A DNA stretch of 64,000 nucleotides. It comes from a virus. This document shows, piece after piece, positions 50,332 through 60,729 of this stretch; the first letter of the stretch is position 1; each line of letters opens with the position of its first letter. The stretch is taken from IMG/VR virus record IMGVR_UViG_3300032236_001304, positions 1 through 64,000 of that record; one strand, 5' to 3'. A program made the translations under genes and the position numbers. The notes below the pieces were generated by a model, which was not told the DNA's origin, ran no database searches, and was given only the letters and a program-made list of their open reading frames with translations.

Positions 50332-50991
50332 ATGTTTAATCAAAACTTATTTGATGAATTAAAAACCAAAGGGTTTTTAGAACTTAAATTAGAAAATTTA
50401 TTTCCAGATAGATTTGCAAAATTTGTAGAAATTTCTACAAAATTAAAAAAAACAAATTTTATTAATGCATGTCATACTGGGATAGATAATAATTGGTCAC
50501 ATAATGTACCATTTAATGAATTAGAAAAAATTAAAGAAAGAGGATTGAATAGTAATTCAATTTGGCAATTTTGGTTTTTTGATGGAAATTTAAATTTATA
50601 CATTTCACATGAAGATATTATATTTTTAAAAAAATTAATTACTGATATTCGTGATATTATTTATCCATTAGATGTTTTAAACGCCGATGGTAGAAACGAT
50701 GGTAATATAGAATTAACACTATATAATAAAGGTTGTTTTGTAGGTCCACATGAGGATGGTAATGGTGGAGATAAATTATGTAATCTTTTAATTTATTTAA
50801 ATGAAGATTATGAAGAAGGATTTGGTGGAGAAATTGTAATAAATGATAATATAATAAAACCATTATTAGGAAATATAGTAGTATTAGATTTCTTATATGT
50901 AAATCCAACACATTCTGTTAACACAATAGTAAAAGATGGGTTTAATAGATTTGCATTAATCACACCATTCTTTAAAAATGAATATTTATAA
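50332..50991 (+). CDS. 2OG-Fe(II) oxygenase (P4H-like)
   Basis: PHEDG..LIYLN..GGE..HSV..RFA. Confidence 0.8.
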   Translation: MFNQNLFDELKTKGFLELKLENLFPDRFAKFVEISTKLKKTNFINACHTGIDNNWSHNVPFNELEKIKERGLNSNSIWQFWFFDGNLNLYISHEDIIFLKKLITDIRDIIYPLDVLNADGRNDGNIELTLYNKGCFVGPHEDGNGGDKLCNLLIYLNEDYEEGFGGEIVINDNIIKPLLGNIVVLDFLYVNPTHSVNTIVKDGFNRFALITPFFKNEYL

Positions 50992-51009
50992 AAAAGAATA
51001 TTCAATAAA

Positions 51010-54000
51010 ATGGCCGTTGATATAAAAGTTGCTCCGGATGAGAAATTAGAATTAGTACAAACATACGTTACAGATACTAATCCAAATTCAGATTACTTTG
51101 TTATAAGTGAACTACCTGATACATTTTCAGGTGGTAAAAATGCATTCTTAATAGCAGGTTCAGATAAATTATTAAGCAACACAGAAATAAAAATTCAAGT
51201 TAGAGATGCAGCAGGTAACGTTTGTTATATAGAGTTTTCAAATGGTTTACCAACTGAGTATTATGAAGGAAATTCTAAAGTAGTAGCAGTATATGTATAC
51301 CCTACTTTAACTGCATTTGGTCCAGCAACAATTACAATATTAGGTCAATTAAAAGATACGCCTCCTGAATGGAATGGGTTATATAGTGTAAAATGGCAAA
51401 GACAGGTTAATATAAATCCTGCATTAGCTAACACAACAAGAGTAAGATTATACAAAAGACCTGCGGTTTCAATTAAAGAATTATTACAACCACTTTATTC
51501 AATTGTAAGTGGAAGTAAAGTAGCATCATTAGTTACTCAATCATTTGCATCAATTACGGTAAATCAATTAGAAACATTTGCTGGTGATGTAAAAAGAGTA
51601 AAGGTATATAGAACATCGGCGGGTGATATATCTGATTATGAATTAATACAAGATATTTCAATAGAAGCTAAAAATCTTTTAACTACATATGCGTTGAGTG
51701 GTAGTGTAGTAGGAAATGCGGGTTTATTTGGTCCTGATAGTTTAAGTAAAGTTTGGAATACCGGTTCTTTATATGCAACATTAAATTCGACATATGTAAC
51801 AGATGGGTTAGAATTAACAGGTAGTGGATATTTTAAATATACATCATCATTAAATTTATTAAGTTCAAATACATATGAATTAGAATTAGATACATTTTAT
51901 ACAGGTTCAACTGCTACAAATTTAGTAGCATATATTAGTGGTACTCAAAATGGAGTAATTCCAATTACTACATTTAGTGGTTCAACTCCAACTAAAAACT
52001 TTGGAACAACTACAATACCATTTACAATTCCAAATGATGAACCAACGGCAAGTTTATATCTTTCACAATCAAGTGGAATTAACCAATGGCATGTTGGAAA
52101 CATATCATTAAACCTTTCACAAGATACAGCATTTTCACCAAACGAAGTTAGTTTTATTACATCAATGCCGACAGTATTGGGTAACGAAACATTTAATTTT
52201 AAATTTGAATTATATGATGTAAACAATAATTATGTACCAGTTGCAGTGACAGCAAGTGCATTATTTAACGGTGGTAATAACAATATTGGTGGAACATTAT
52301 TAATAGTTAGTTCATCAACATCAGCATCAAATGCATATACATCAGCATCTATATTAGCATTATCACAATCGGTAAGTGGAACAATTGGTATAGTAACTGG
52401 TAGTGTATCATTTGTAAGTACATCGGTTTCATCATCATTATCACAATCGTTTGGTGCAACTGCAGCAGCTAGTGCAAGTTTACAAAGTTCATCTTTATAT
52501 ATTAGTGCATCGGTTAGCGGCACTATTTCAAATGTTTCTCAAAGTGCAAGTTCATCATTATCATTAGTTTCTCAAAGTGTTAGTAAAAGTATTGCATCTA
52601 TAAGTGCATCGGCTGCAAGTGCATCTAATTTTAACTATGCATATACAACGTATTTAGATGGAAATATTTTTACAGATTCAACCGGTAAATTAATTAAAAC
52701 GCCGGCGACATCATCTACTCAAAATGGATTATATACAGGACAACAATACTTAGGATTTTATAGTGGAAGTAGTTGGAAAACCTATATGGCTAACAATGGT
52801 AATTTCTATTTAACATCATCGGTAGCAGGTGGTGGTTTTATGGCATGGAATGCAGCTGCAGCAAATTTGGCAATAGCAGGAAATATAACAATATTAGGTG
52901 GAGATGCAGCAACAACTGCATCAGTAACTACTGCTGTAAATAATGGTACTGCCTCATTAAGTCAATCATTAGCACCAAATATATTTACAGATTCAAATGG
53001 TAAAATTGTAAGACCTCCAACAAATCCTGCTTCAAATTATGGTTTATTTTTAGCGAGTGATCATTTAGGATTTTATAGTGCAAGTGCAACCGATGGTGGG
53101 ACTTGGAAAACTTATATGGATAATAGCGGAAAATTTTATTTGACAGGTTCTGCTTCAAACTATCTTAAATGGGATGGCAGTGTATTAACAATAGCTGGTG
53201 CAATTAATATTGTTGGTGGACAAGCAGCAACTGATATTGCAAACGCAGCATCATCTGGTTCAAATGCATTATCATATGCAGTTGCAAATAATGCAACTGC
53301 ATCTGCAGCAGCCGCATCACAAGCAGCAACTGCAGCATCAACGGCAGCAAACTACGCACTTATAAATGCAAATACATCATCGATATCTGCAGCAGCTACA
53401 GCAGCTGGTTTTGCACTTATAAATGCAAATACTGCATCTATATTTACAGACTCAACCGGAAAAATAAATAAAACACCTGCAACCGGTTCACAAACTGGAT
53501 TATTTTTAGGTGATTCATATTTGGGTTATTACAATGGTAGTAATTGGAAAACCTATATGCAAAATAATGGTAATTTTTATTTAAGTGGAACAAATGGATA
53601 TTTAAGTTGGAATGCAGGAGCAGATACATTAGGAATTAAAGGTGATATTATTGCAACAAATATTACCGCAACAACAACGGGAAATATAGCGGGTTGGAAT
53701 ATAGATGGTAGTAGATTTTACAAATCAGTAACTAACGTTGGATTACTTGAAATTAAATCTTCTGATAATACAATTTCAATGTATGATACTGCTAATAATT
53801 TAAAATTACAAATAAATCCGACTAATACTCAACCTACTATAACAATACCAAGTAATACAACAACAATTGGTGCAGTTCAAGGAACATTCAAAATTCCACC
53901 TGGCGTATATACAAATAGTCAATATTATTCTGAAACAGTTGCATCATTTACATTAACGGGTGCATTAAATGAAGTATTCGTAGATGATATAGGTCCTAAA

Positions 54001-54999
54001 TTTTATGATAGTGCACTTAGTGCAGCAGATAATGCAATGAATTACTTTGGTAACTATTGGAGATACTTAAAAGTACAAGGTGTTAAATATTATTTGTATT
54101 TACAATTAATAAATCAATCAACAGGACAAGCAAGACAATATACTATTGCATATATTCAATGTGATTTACCATATAATCCAGCAGATGGTGCATCAAATTA
54201 TAAAAATGGTTCTTTAACTACATCACCTGCACTATTTTCAAATTTAGCAGCTGGAAATTATACATTAGGATTAATACATTATGCGGAAGCTACTCAAATA
54301 GCTAATCCATATGTACCATCTTCTCCAGGTGATGGTATAACAGTTTATCCATGGACATCTACTCAAAATGGTGTTCTTAATGTAACGTATGGTTCATCAA
54401 ACGCATATTCTGTATTAAACGCGGGTGGATTATCTTTGTATCAAGGTTCTCAGAATTATGTAAAAGCAGTTTCACCGGGAAGTGGTACGGATGCATATTT
54501 TACAGTTAAAGGAAGAACTAGTTTTATAAATTCAGTAACCATCGGTGGTACATTGAATGCAAACTTTAAACAATTCCAAATTACACATCCATTAGATAAA
54601 AATAAATGGTTATTTCACTCAGCAATAGAAGCACCAAGAGCGGATTTGATTTATAGAGGAACAATTGAATTATTAAATGGAAGTGGTAGTGTTAATATAG
54701 ATAGTCAATCTAAAATGATGGATGGTACTTTTGTTGCATTAACAAAAAATAGACAATTATTTTTACAAAACAATGTTAGTTTTGATAAAGTAATTGGAAC
54801 AATAGATGGTGCAATTGTAAATGTAATTTGTGAAAATAAAAATTCAAATGATAAAATTGGTTGGATGGTAGTAGCAGAAAGAAATGATACTGAAATTTTA
54901 GCATCTAAATTATATAATACAAGTGGTAGCTATATACCAGAACGATATAAAGATTCTGTTTTTACAGAAAATTATACAATTGATAGTGGTTCAATTTAA
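51010..54999 (+). CDS. tail fibre / long structural protein with internal repeats and C-terminal chaperone-like domain
   Basis: S/A/T-rich stalks, three IFTDS.GK..WKTYM..G.FYL repeats, C-terminal KQFQITHPL..L.H..IEAP..YRG. Confidence 0.7.
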   Translation: MAVDIKVAPDEKLELVQTYVTDTNPNSDYFVISELPDTFSGGKNAFLIAGSDKLLSNTEIKIQVRDAAGNVCYIEFSNGLPTEYYEGNSKVVAVYVYPTLTAFGPATITILGQLKDTPPEWNGLYSVKWQRQVNINPALANTTRVRLYKRPAVSIKELLQPLYSIVSGSKVASLVTQSFASITVNQLETFAGDVKRVKVYRTSAGDISDYELIQDISIEAKNLLTTYALSGSVVGNAGLFGPDSLSKVWNTGSLYATLNSTYVTDGLELTGSGYFKYTSSLNLLSSNTYELELDTFYTGSTATNLVAYISGTQNGVIPITTFSGSTPTKNFGTTTIPFTIPNDEPTASLYLSQSSGINQWHVGNISLNLSQDTAFSPNEVSFITSMPTVLGNETFNFKFELYDVNNNYVPVAVTASALFNGGNNNIGGTLLIVSSSTSASNAYTSASILALSQSVSGTIGIVTGSVSFVSTSVSSSLSQSFGATAAASASLQSSSLYISASVSGTISNVSQSASSSLSLVSQSVSKSIASISASAASASNFNYAYTTYLDGNIFTDSTGKLIKTPATSSTQNGLYTGQQYLGFYSGSSWKTYMANNGNFYLTSSVAGGGFMAWNAAAANLAIAGNITILGGDAATTASVTTAVNNGTASLSQSLAPNIFTDSNGKIVRPPTNPASNYGLFLASDHLGFYSASATDGGTWKTYMDNSGKFYLTGSASNYLKWDGSVLTIAGAINIVGGQAATDIANAASSGSNALSYAVANNATASAAAASQAATAASTAANYALINANTSSISAAATAAGFALINANTASIFTDSTGKINKTPATGSQTGLFLGDSYLGYYNGSNWKTYMQNNGNFYLSGTNGYLSWNAGADTLGIKGDIIATNITATTTGNIAGWNIDGSRFYKSVTNVGLLEIKSSDNTISMYDTANNLKLQINPTNTQPTITIPSNTTTIGAVQGTFKIPPGVYTNSQYYSETVASFTLTGALNEVFVDDIGPKFYDSALSAADNAMNYFGNYWRYLKVQGVKYYLYLQLINQSTGQARQYTIAYIQCDLPYNPADGASNYKNGSLTTSPALFSNLAAGNYTLGLIHYAEATQIANPYVPSSPGDGITVYPWTSTQNGVLNVTYGSSNAYSVLNAGGLSLYQGSQNYVKAVSPGSGTDAYFTVKGRTSFINSVTIGGTLNANFKQFQITHPLDKNKWLFHSAIEAPRADLIYRGTIELLNGSGSVNIDSQSKMMDGTFVALTKNRQLFLQNNVSFDKVIGTIDGAIVNVICENKNSNDKIGWMVVAERNDTEILASKLYNTSGSYIPERYKDSVFTENYTIDSGSI

Positions 55000-55009
55000 A
55001 ATAAAATAA

Positions 55010-56023
55010 ATGTTTGATTTATTAGTTACAACCGGAGCAGGTAATGTTCCGATGGGTGGAAGTGATATATGGGTAAATAATTTTTTAGAAAATGTAGTAC
55101 CATTTTTAAATTACGATACTGTATTATTAATTGATGGTAGAATGCCTAATGGATTTGATCCTGATTCTATTCCGTGTCAATTTTGTTTTTCAAAAGAACA
55201 ACCTCTATTAGTAGAACCGCTTTTAAGAAATTGTAGAAGAATACATTTTTTACATAACAATTATTATCGTAGAGATGAATTATGGGAATATAAACATAAA
55301 TTTCATACAATATTTTGTCACGCTTACATCAAAGAAATTATAAACACTAATGTAGATTTAGGATTAGATAGAGTATACTTACCTACTACAATGGATTTAC
55401 AATGGGAACAGGATGTAATGAATCAATGTAAACAAATTGTTTGGATTGGGTGTAATGATGGTTTGGTACAAAAAGATTTTAAAAATAAAACAATACAAAT
55501 ACCAAATTATTATGAGTTTCAAATCCGTAATGAATATAATTGGAATACAGATAAAATAGGATATGCAGCACGTAGTGAGACAAGAAAGTGTTTTCATTTT
55601 TTAGATAAACATAAAGGATACGTTTGTACAGACTGGATGGGATATGAAAATTTAAAAGAAGGATTAAATTTAGATTTGAAAAAGGTAAGATTTTATCCAT
55701 ATAATTTGGATAATCACAAAAATTTCTTTAACTTAGACTTTACGATATTTCACGGTTGTTATGTAAACGAACCTTTTGGTTATTCTATATTTAACGCAGT
55801 AGATTATGGTAAGCTTCCAATACTAAACAAATATTGGATGCCAAGAATACCATACAAATATAGAGCATCAACAAAAGAAGAATTTAATAAAATGTATGAA
55901 ATAATGTGTAATGATTTTGAAGTTGAAAGACAATATCAATTCAAACTATTAAAAGAAGCATTATCTATATATGATAATAAAAATGAATGGATAATGAAAA
56001 TAGTTAATCTGTTAAATAAATGA
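55010..56023 (+). CDS. GT-B (GT4-like) glycosyltransferase
   Basis: GGSD near N-terminus; EPFGYSIFNAVDYGKLP. Confidence 0.7.
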   Translation: MFDLLVTTGAGNVPMGGSDIWVNNFLENVVPFLNYDTVLLIDGRMPNGFDPDSIPCQFCFSKEQPLLVEPLLRNCRRIHFLHNNYYRRDELWEYKHKFHTIFCHAYIKEIINTNVDLGLDRVYLPTTMDLQWEQDVMNQCKQIVWIGCNDGLVQKDFKNKTIQIPNYYEFQIRNEYNWNTDKIGYAARSETRKCFHFLDKHKGYVCTDWMGYENLKEGLNLDLKKVRFYPYNLDNHKNFFNLDFTIFHGCYVNEPFGYSIFNAVDYGKLPILNKYWMPRIPYKYRASTKEEFNKMYEIMCNDFEVERQYQFKLLKEALSIYDNKNEWIMKIVNLLNK

Positions 56024-56757
56024 AAAAAAAATTATTAGTTGTAGGATGTTCATATTCCGCAAAAGCAAAACATAATGAATATATTGTATGGTCGGATTTT
56101 TTAGAACAGGATTTAGATATAGAAATAGATAATTTTGCAGAACATGGAGCTAGTAATATTTTAATACGAAGAATATTACAAACAAAATTAGCAGAAAAAA
56201 AATATGATTATGTAATTGTTCAATGGAGTACAATTGATAGATGGGATTATCCTAAAACAACATATCCAACGTACCACCCATTTGGTTCAGATACATCGGC
56301 ATCAGGATATAAAGATGCTTTTTATATGCACTATTATAATAGTTATGGAGCAATTATGGATACATTAGATAATATTATTTTAGCACAATATATGTTAGAA
56401 AAATACAATACACCATATACAATGATTTCAATGGGTAATTTATTTGAAATGGAAGCTTCAATAGAAGCAATTAAAATATTATTAACCAATAAAGGAGATT
56501 ATACTACAATTAAAACTAATAATATTTTAAATAATACACCCAATAATTCAGATTATGATAATATTAGTTCAGTATTAAAACTTATAGATTTTTCTAAATT
56601 TAATTTTACAACAATTCCAAATAATTATTTTGGTGGAGGAATGATTGAATTTTTATTAGAAAAAGGAGATGCACCACAATTTAAATTTCATTATAATACT
56701 GAACAACATAAAATTTTTTCGGATGAATTTATAAAACCAATTTTACAAAAAATATAA
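56020..56757 (+). CDS. SGNH-like protein
   Basis: VGCSY, N.A..GASN, VQWS..R, HY..H. Confidence 0.6.
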   Translation: MKKKLLVVGCSYSAKAKHNEYIVWSDFLEQDLDIEIDNFAEHGASNILIRRILQTKLAEKKYDYVIVQWSTIDRWDYPKTTYPTYHPFGSDTSASGYKDAFYMHYYNSYGAIMDTLDNIILAQYMLEKYNTPYTMISMGNLFEMEASIEAIKILLTNKGDYTTIKTNNILNNTPNNSDYDNISSVLKLIDFSKFNFTTIPNNYFGGGMIEFLLEKGDAPQFKFHYNTEQHKIFSDEFIKPILQKI

Positions 56758-56764
56758 TATAAAA

Positions 56765-57601
56765 ATGGAAGAAAATAAATTATATATAATAACCGGTGGG
56801 GATTCGTTTAGTACGAATACACAAAATATGGATAATATGCATTCATTGAGAGCATTATTAACATCAACAAATATAAACTATTTTAATCATTTAGAATATG
56901 ATTATAGATCAAATGGAATTAATGCAGAATTTTTTAATTTAGGTTACCCATCGGCAGGAAATCATTATATTTTAGATACCGTAAAAGATAAAGTTAATGA
57001 ATTATTATCAAATGGAATTGAAGCAAAGAATATTATAGTTTTTACTCAATTTACATATTTTATGAGAAATTTAGAATCATTAGATACTGAAAAAATTATA
57101 AAAAAAGAACATATTGCAGATTATTATCAATTACACCAAATAAATTATTCAAAAGATGAAATATATAATATTGTATATAAACATTTAACTGATATACTTG
57201 ATTTTGGTAAATGGTTAGATGAGAAAAAAGATATTAAATTCAAATTCTTTTTTCCACATGATGTATTTAATGTTAAAAATAATATATTACAATTATTATT
57301 AAATAGAAATGAAAAAATAAAACAAAAAATATTAGAATTAAAACCATATTTTTTGTATAATGATCCAAATACATTAGCGGGAATATACGAAAATTATATC
57401 AAAAGTAATCATGATAATATATGGTCAGCATATGTATCTAATACCGATTTACATTATAATTCAATTGTATATTATTATTGGTATATAGAAAAAATAAAAC
57501 CATTTATATTTCCACAAGAAAATGTTAAACATATAATAGAAGAAGAAGAATTAGAACAACAAAAAGAAGAACTTAAAAGAATTTTTTTAAAAAAATTATA
57601 A
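56765..57601 (+). CDS. SGNH-like protein
   Basis: GGDSFS, NLG..SAGN, QFT..R, DLHY. Confidence 0.55.
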   Translation: MEENKLYIITGGDSFSTNTQNMDNMHSLRALLTSTNINYFNHLEYDYRSNGINAEFFNLGYPSAGNHYILDTVKDKVNELLSNGIEAKNIIVFTQFTYFMRNLESLDTEKIIKKEHIADYYQLHQINYSKDEIYNIVYKHLTDILDFGKWLDEKKDIKFKFFFPHDVFNVKNNILQLLLNRNEKIKQKILELKPYFLYNDPNTLAGIYENYIKSNHDNIWSAYVSNTDLHYNSIVYYYWYIEKIKPFIFPQENVKHIIEEEELEQQKEELKRIFLKKL

Positions 57602-58357
57602 ATGATAACAAATAAAGATTACATTAAAGAATTTATTTCTAATAATCAAGAAATAGATGATTACGGAGACCAGGTTTTATTAAGTGTTCCATATCGATGG
57701 TCACACGGTGCTACAGATGACCATTTAGGTGACGGTTTAATTATATATTCACTTATTCAATATATGAGAGCAAAGGTATGTGTTTGTTTAGGAAGTGGTG
57801 GCGGATTTATACCAAGAATTATGACACAGGCTAGATATGATTTATGGAATCAAAATATATTTGAAGGTAATGGTGATTTTAATCATGGTGATATTGGATG
57901 TACTTATATTGTAGATGCTGCAAATGGAATCGGTGGTAATGTAAATTGGTTAAAAGAAGAATCATTCTTTAGAAGAACATTTTGGCCTAGAATTATAAAC
58001 GATACAACCGCAAATGCATTTCATAATTACTTTGTATTGAATGATATTAAGATAGATTATTTACATATTGATGCAGGGCATAGTTATGAAAATGTAAAAG
58101 AAGATTTTGATTTATACTCTCAATTGATGAGTGAAAATGGAATCATTTCTATACATGATACTGACCCTAATTATGCAGATAAATACATAGTGACAAATGA
58201 AGTTAAAGATAGGGGTGATTTTGATGATTGGAATGGACCAATTCAATTAGCAAAAGAAATAGATACTACAAAATGGGAGGTATTTAATTTATTTAATTTT
58301 GGTATATTAAAAAATAAACCAGCATCAACTGGATTAACATTGGTAAGAAAAAAATGA
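57602..58357 (+). CDS. class I SAM methyltransferase (Methyltransf_24-like)
   Basis: LGSGGG, IDYLHIDAGHSYE..DF, GIISIHD. Confidence 0.8.
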   Translation: MITNKDYIKEFISNNQEIDDYGDQVLLSVPYRWSHGATDDHLGDGLIIYSLIQYMRAKVCVCLGSGGGFIPRIMTQARYDLWNQNIFEGNGDFNHGDIGCTYIVDAANGIGGNVNWLKEESFFRRTFWPRIINDTTANAFHNYFVLNDIKIDYLHIDAGHSYENVKEDFDLYSQLMSENGIISIHDTDPNYADKYIVTNEVKDRGDFDDWNGPIQLAKEIDTTKWEVFNLFNFGILKNKPASTGLTLVRKK

Positions 58358-59202
58358 TAAGATTAGTTACAGTAACAGGTAGTAGAACAAACACATTAAA
58401 ACATATGTTAAATCACTATAAAAATATGGTGGATGAAATGTATGTTGTTGTATATGAATGGGATGGATTTAGTACATATGATGAAGTAGAAAAAATTGTA
58501 AAAGAATTTCCAACTGCACAAATTATAAAAAGAACAACTAAAGAAAAGTTTAATTGGGAATATGTAACTTACTTATATAATCAAACTAAAATGTTATTTC
58601 CTAACGATTGGTGGATTATTTCGGATGATGATGAATTTCAAGTGTATTCAAAAGTAATTTCAGATATTATAAAAATATGTGATGAAAGTGGATATGAATT
58701 TGTAACCGGCGGATTTGTAGATAGAATAGGTAAGAACGGTACATTTGCTGAAATAAAAGAAGATTCTAATCTATGGGAGTTATTTCCAATGGTGGGATTT
58801 TTTAGATATCCTTTAAGTGGAGCATGTCCTAATAAAGTAACGATGTGTAAAGGATATATAGAACTTACTCCTGGTCAACATTATGCAAAAATAGATGGAC
58901 AAACCACTTGGAAATGGCAAGGATGGAATCATCCACTAAGATTTCCAACAACTCAAAACTTTACACAAGTACATCATTTTAAATGGGATAGTACAGTCTT
59001 AGATAGATTACAGGATGTTGCAAATGTTGGGCAAGTATATTCTTACTCAAAAGAATATCAAGAAATGTACGATGCTATAAAACTAAATAATTTTAAAATT
59101 GATATTTATGATGAGAGATTTTTAATGGAAGAAGTTAAAACACCAACATATTGGTCATACAAAAATTGGAACAAACTTTCTAAAATAATACTCTCCATTT
59201 AA
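58354..59202 (+). CDS. GT2-like glycosyltransferase
   Basis: HY.., WWIISDDDEF, FVDR, GQH, HHFKW. Confidence 0.7.
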   Translation: MIRLVTVTGSRTNTLKHMLNHYKNMVDEMYVVVYEWDGFSTYDEVEKIVKEFPTAQIIKRTTKEKFNWEYVTYLYNQTKMLFPNDWWIISDDDEFQVYSKVISDIIKICDESGYEFVTGGFVDRIGKNGTFAEIKEDSNLWELFPMVGFFRYPLSGACPNKVTMCKGYIELTPGQHYAKIDGQTTWKWQGWNHPLRFPTTQNFTQVHHFKWDSTVLDRLQDVANVGQVYSYSKEYQEMYDAIKLNNFKIDIYDERFLMEEVKTPTYWSYKNWNKLSKIILSI

Positions 59203-59234
59203 TTTGGTTTTTTAAATAAAATTTGTTACATTTA
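59203..59234 (+). promoter_or_regulatory. Bacteroidota-type promoter
   Basis: TTTG, 20-nt spacer, TACATTTA; ATG at 59238. Confidence 0.5.
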
Positions 59235-59237
59235 AGT

Positions 59238-60719
59238 ATGGTTAATCATAAATTAGCAATCATTGTACCATATAGAGATAGACGTGATCATTTAGATACG
59301 TTTATTCCACATATGAAGGAATTTCTTAAAGATAAAGGAATTGCTTACAAAATATTTGTCATTGAACAATCTGATGATAAACCTTTTAATTATGGAAAAC
59401 TTTGTAATGCAGCATTTAGTTTAATAAAAGATGATTTTGATTATTTTTGTTTTCATGATGTAGACCAATTACCAATTAATGATAGTTGTGATTATTCATA
59501 TAAAGAATATCCAGTACATTTAGCAACTAGAGCTTCTGCACATAATGATAGATTACCTTACTTACAATATTTTGGTGGTGCAGTTATTTTTACTAAAGAA
59601 GATTTTGAAAAAATTAATGGTTATTCAAATGAATACTATGGATGGGGATATGGTGATATAGATTTAATATTTAGATGTTCTCAAAAAGAATTAGATGTAG
59701 ATTATGTGTATGCATATCCAAAAGTAAATAGTGAATATGAAATTGGTGAAATGGAAGAAACGGATTCATTAAAATCAGAAAAAATACATTCAATAAAATT
59801 TGATGGAGAAACATTTTTAGAAATTAAACCAAACAAATTTTTAAAAAGTTTAACATCAGATAGTTTTACCGTTTCAATGTGGATTAAACCAGAAGATAAT
59901 TTATTGAAACAACAATACATTTTAAGTTGGCCGGGATTTAATTCAGGTGTATCATTAAATTTAGATAATCAATTAATTTTCAATTTTTGGAACTCACAAA
60001 AAATTTATTATTACAATTATAAAAAAATTAAACCAAACGAATGGAATCATTTAATTGTTAATGTAAACTTCGATGATAATAAATTAAAAATGTGGTTAAA
60101 TGGAATTGAATTACAACCAAACAAAGATGCATCGGTTAATTTTAAAACACCATTATTTGATTATTCGGAATCAAACATTTATATAGGATGTGGTTCAATT
60201 AATAAAGAATTTTATACAGGTGAATTAAGTAATCTTTATATGTTTGATTATACTTTAACACCAGGTGAAATAGAAAAATTATATTTGAATGGATTATATT
60301 TAAACAAATTTTTACAAACAAAATTTGAACCTGTGGTAAGATATGAATTTGATAACTTTTATAAACAATATTTTATAGATAAAAGCAAAACCCATAATCA
60401 CGCTAAAGTATTTGGAAAAGCAGGAACAGATTATTTAAAATTAGTATCAGAAGTAACAATAGAAAAAGTATCAGAAATTCCAATACCACATAGAGTAGCA
60501 GGTGAATATCAATCATTAGAGCACGATGGTGATTTAGATATCAAAGATAAGTTTAATGGATTTGATCCTGATACATTAGAAAATAAAAAGATTTTCTTTG
60601 ATGATATATTTTCAAAAAGATTTTCTACGGATAAAATAGGATTGAGTTCTCTTAAATTTAAATTAATTGAAAATGAAGAATTTGATAATAAAACAAATTG
60701 GATTAAAGTAATATTATAA
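59238..60719 (+). CDS. GT7 (beta-1,4-galactosyltransferase-like) with inserted LamG domain
   Basis: IIVPYRDR, FNYGKL, FHDVD, YFGG, NGYSNEYYGWGYGDIDL; LamG-like FTVSMWIKP..WNH..YTGELSNL. Confidence 0.8.
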   Translation: MVNHKLAIIVPYRDRRDHLDTFIPHMKEFLKDKGIAYKIFVIEQSDDKPFNYGKLCNAAFSLIKDDFDYFCFHDVDQLPINDSCDYSYKEYPVHLATRASAHNDRLPYLQYFGGAVIFTKEDFEKINGYSNEYYGWGYGDIDLIFRCSQKELDVDYVYAYPKVNSEYEIGEMEETDSLKSEKIHSIKFDGETFLEIKPNKFLKSLTSDSFTVSMWIKPEDNLLKQQYILSWPGFNSGVSLNLDNQLIFNFWNSQKIYYYNYKKIKPNEWNHLIVNVNFDDNKLKMWLNGIELQPNKDASVNFKTPLFDYSESNIYIGCGSINKEFYTGELSNLYMFDYTLTPGEIEKLYLNGLYLNKFLQTKFEPVVRYEFDNFYKQYFIDKSKTHNHAKVFGKAGTDYLKLVSEVTIEKVSEIPIPHRVAGEYQSLEHDGDLDIKDKFNGFDPDTLENKKIFFDDIFSKRFSTDKIGLSSLKFKLIENEEFDNKTNWIKVIL

Positions 60720-60729
60720 AATAAAGTAT

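Noticed and set aside
52663-53660. Diversity-generating retroelement TR/VR pair
   Set aside because: Repeats are in-frame protein repeats differing at all base types, and there is no reverse transcriptase in the window.
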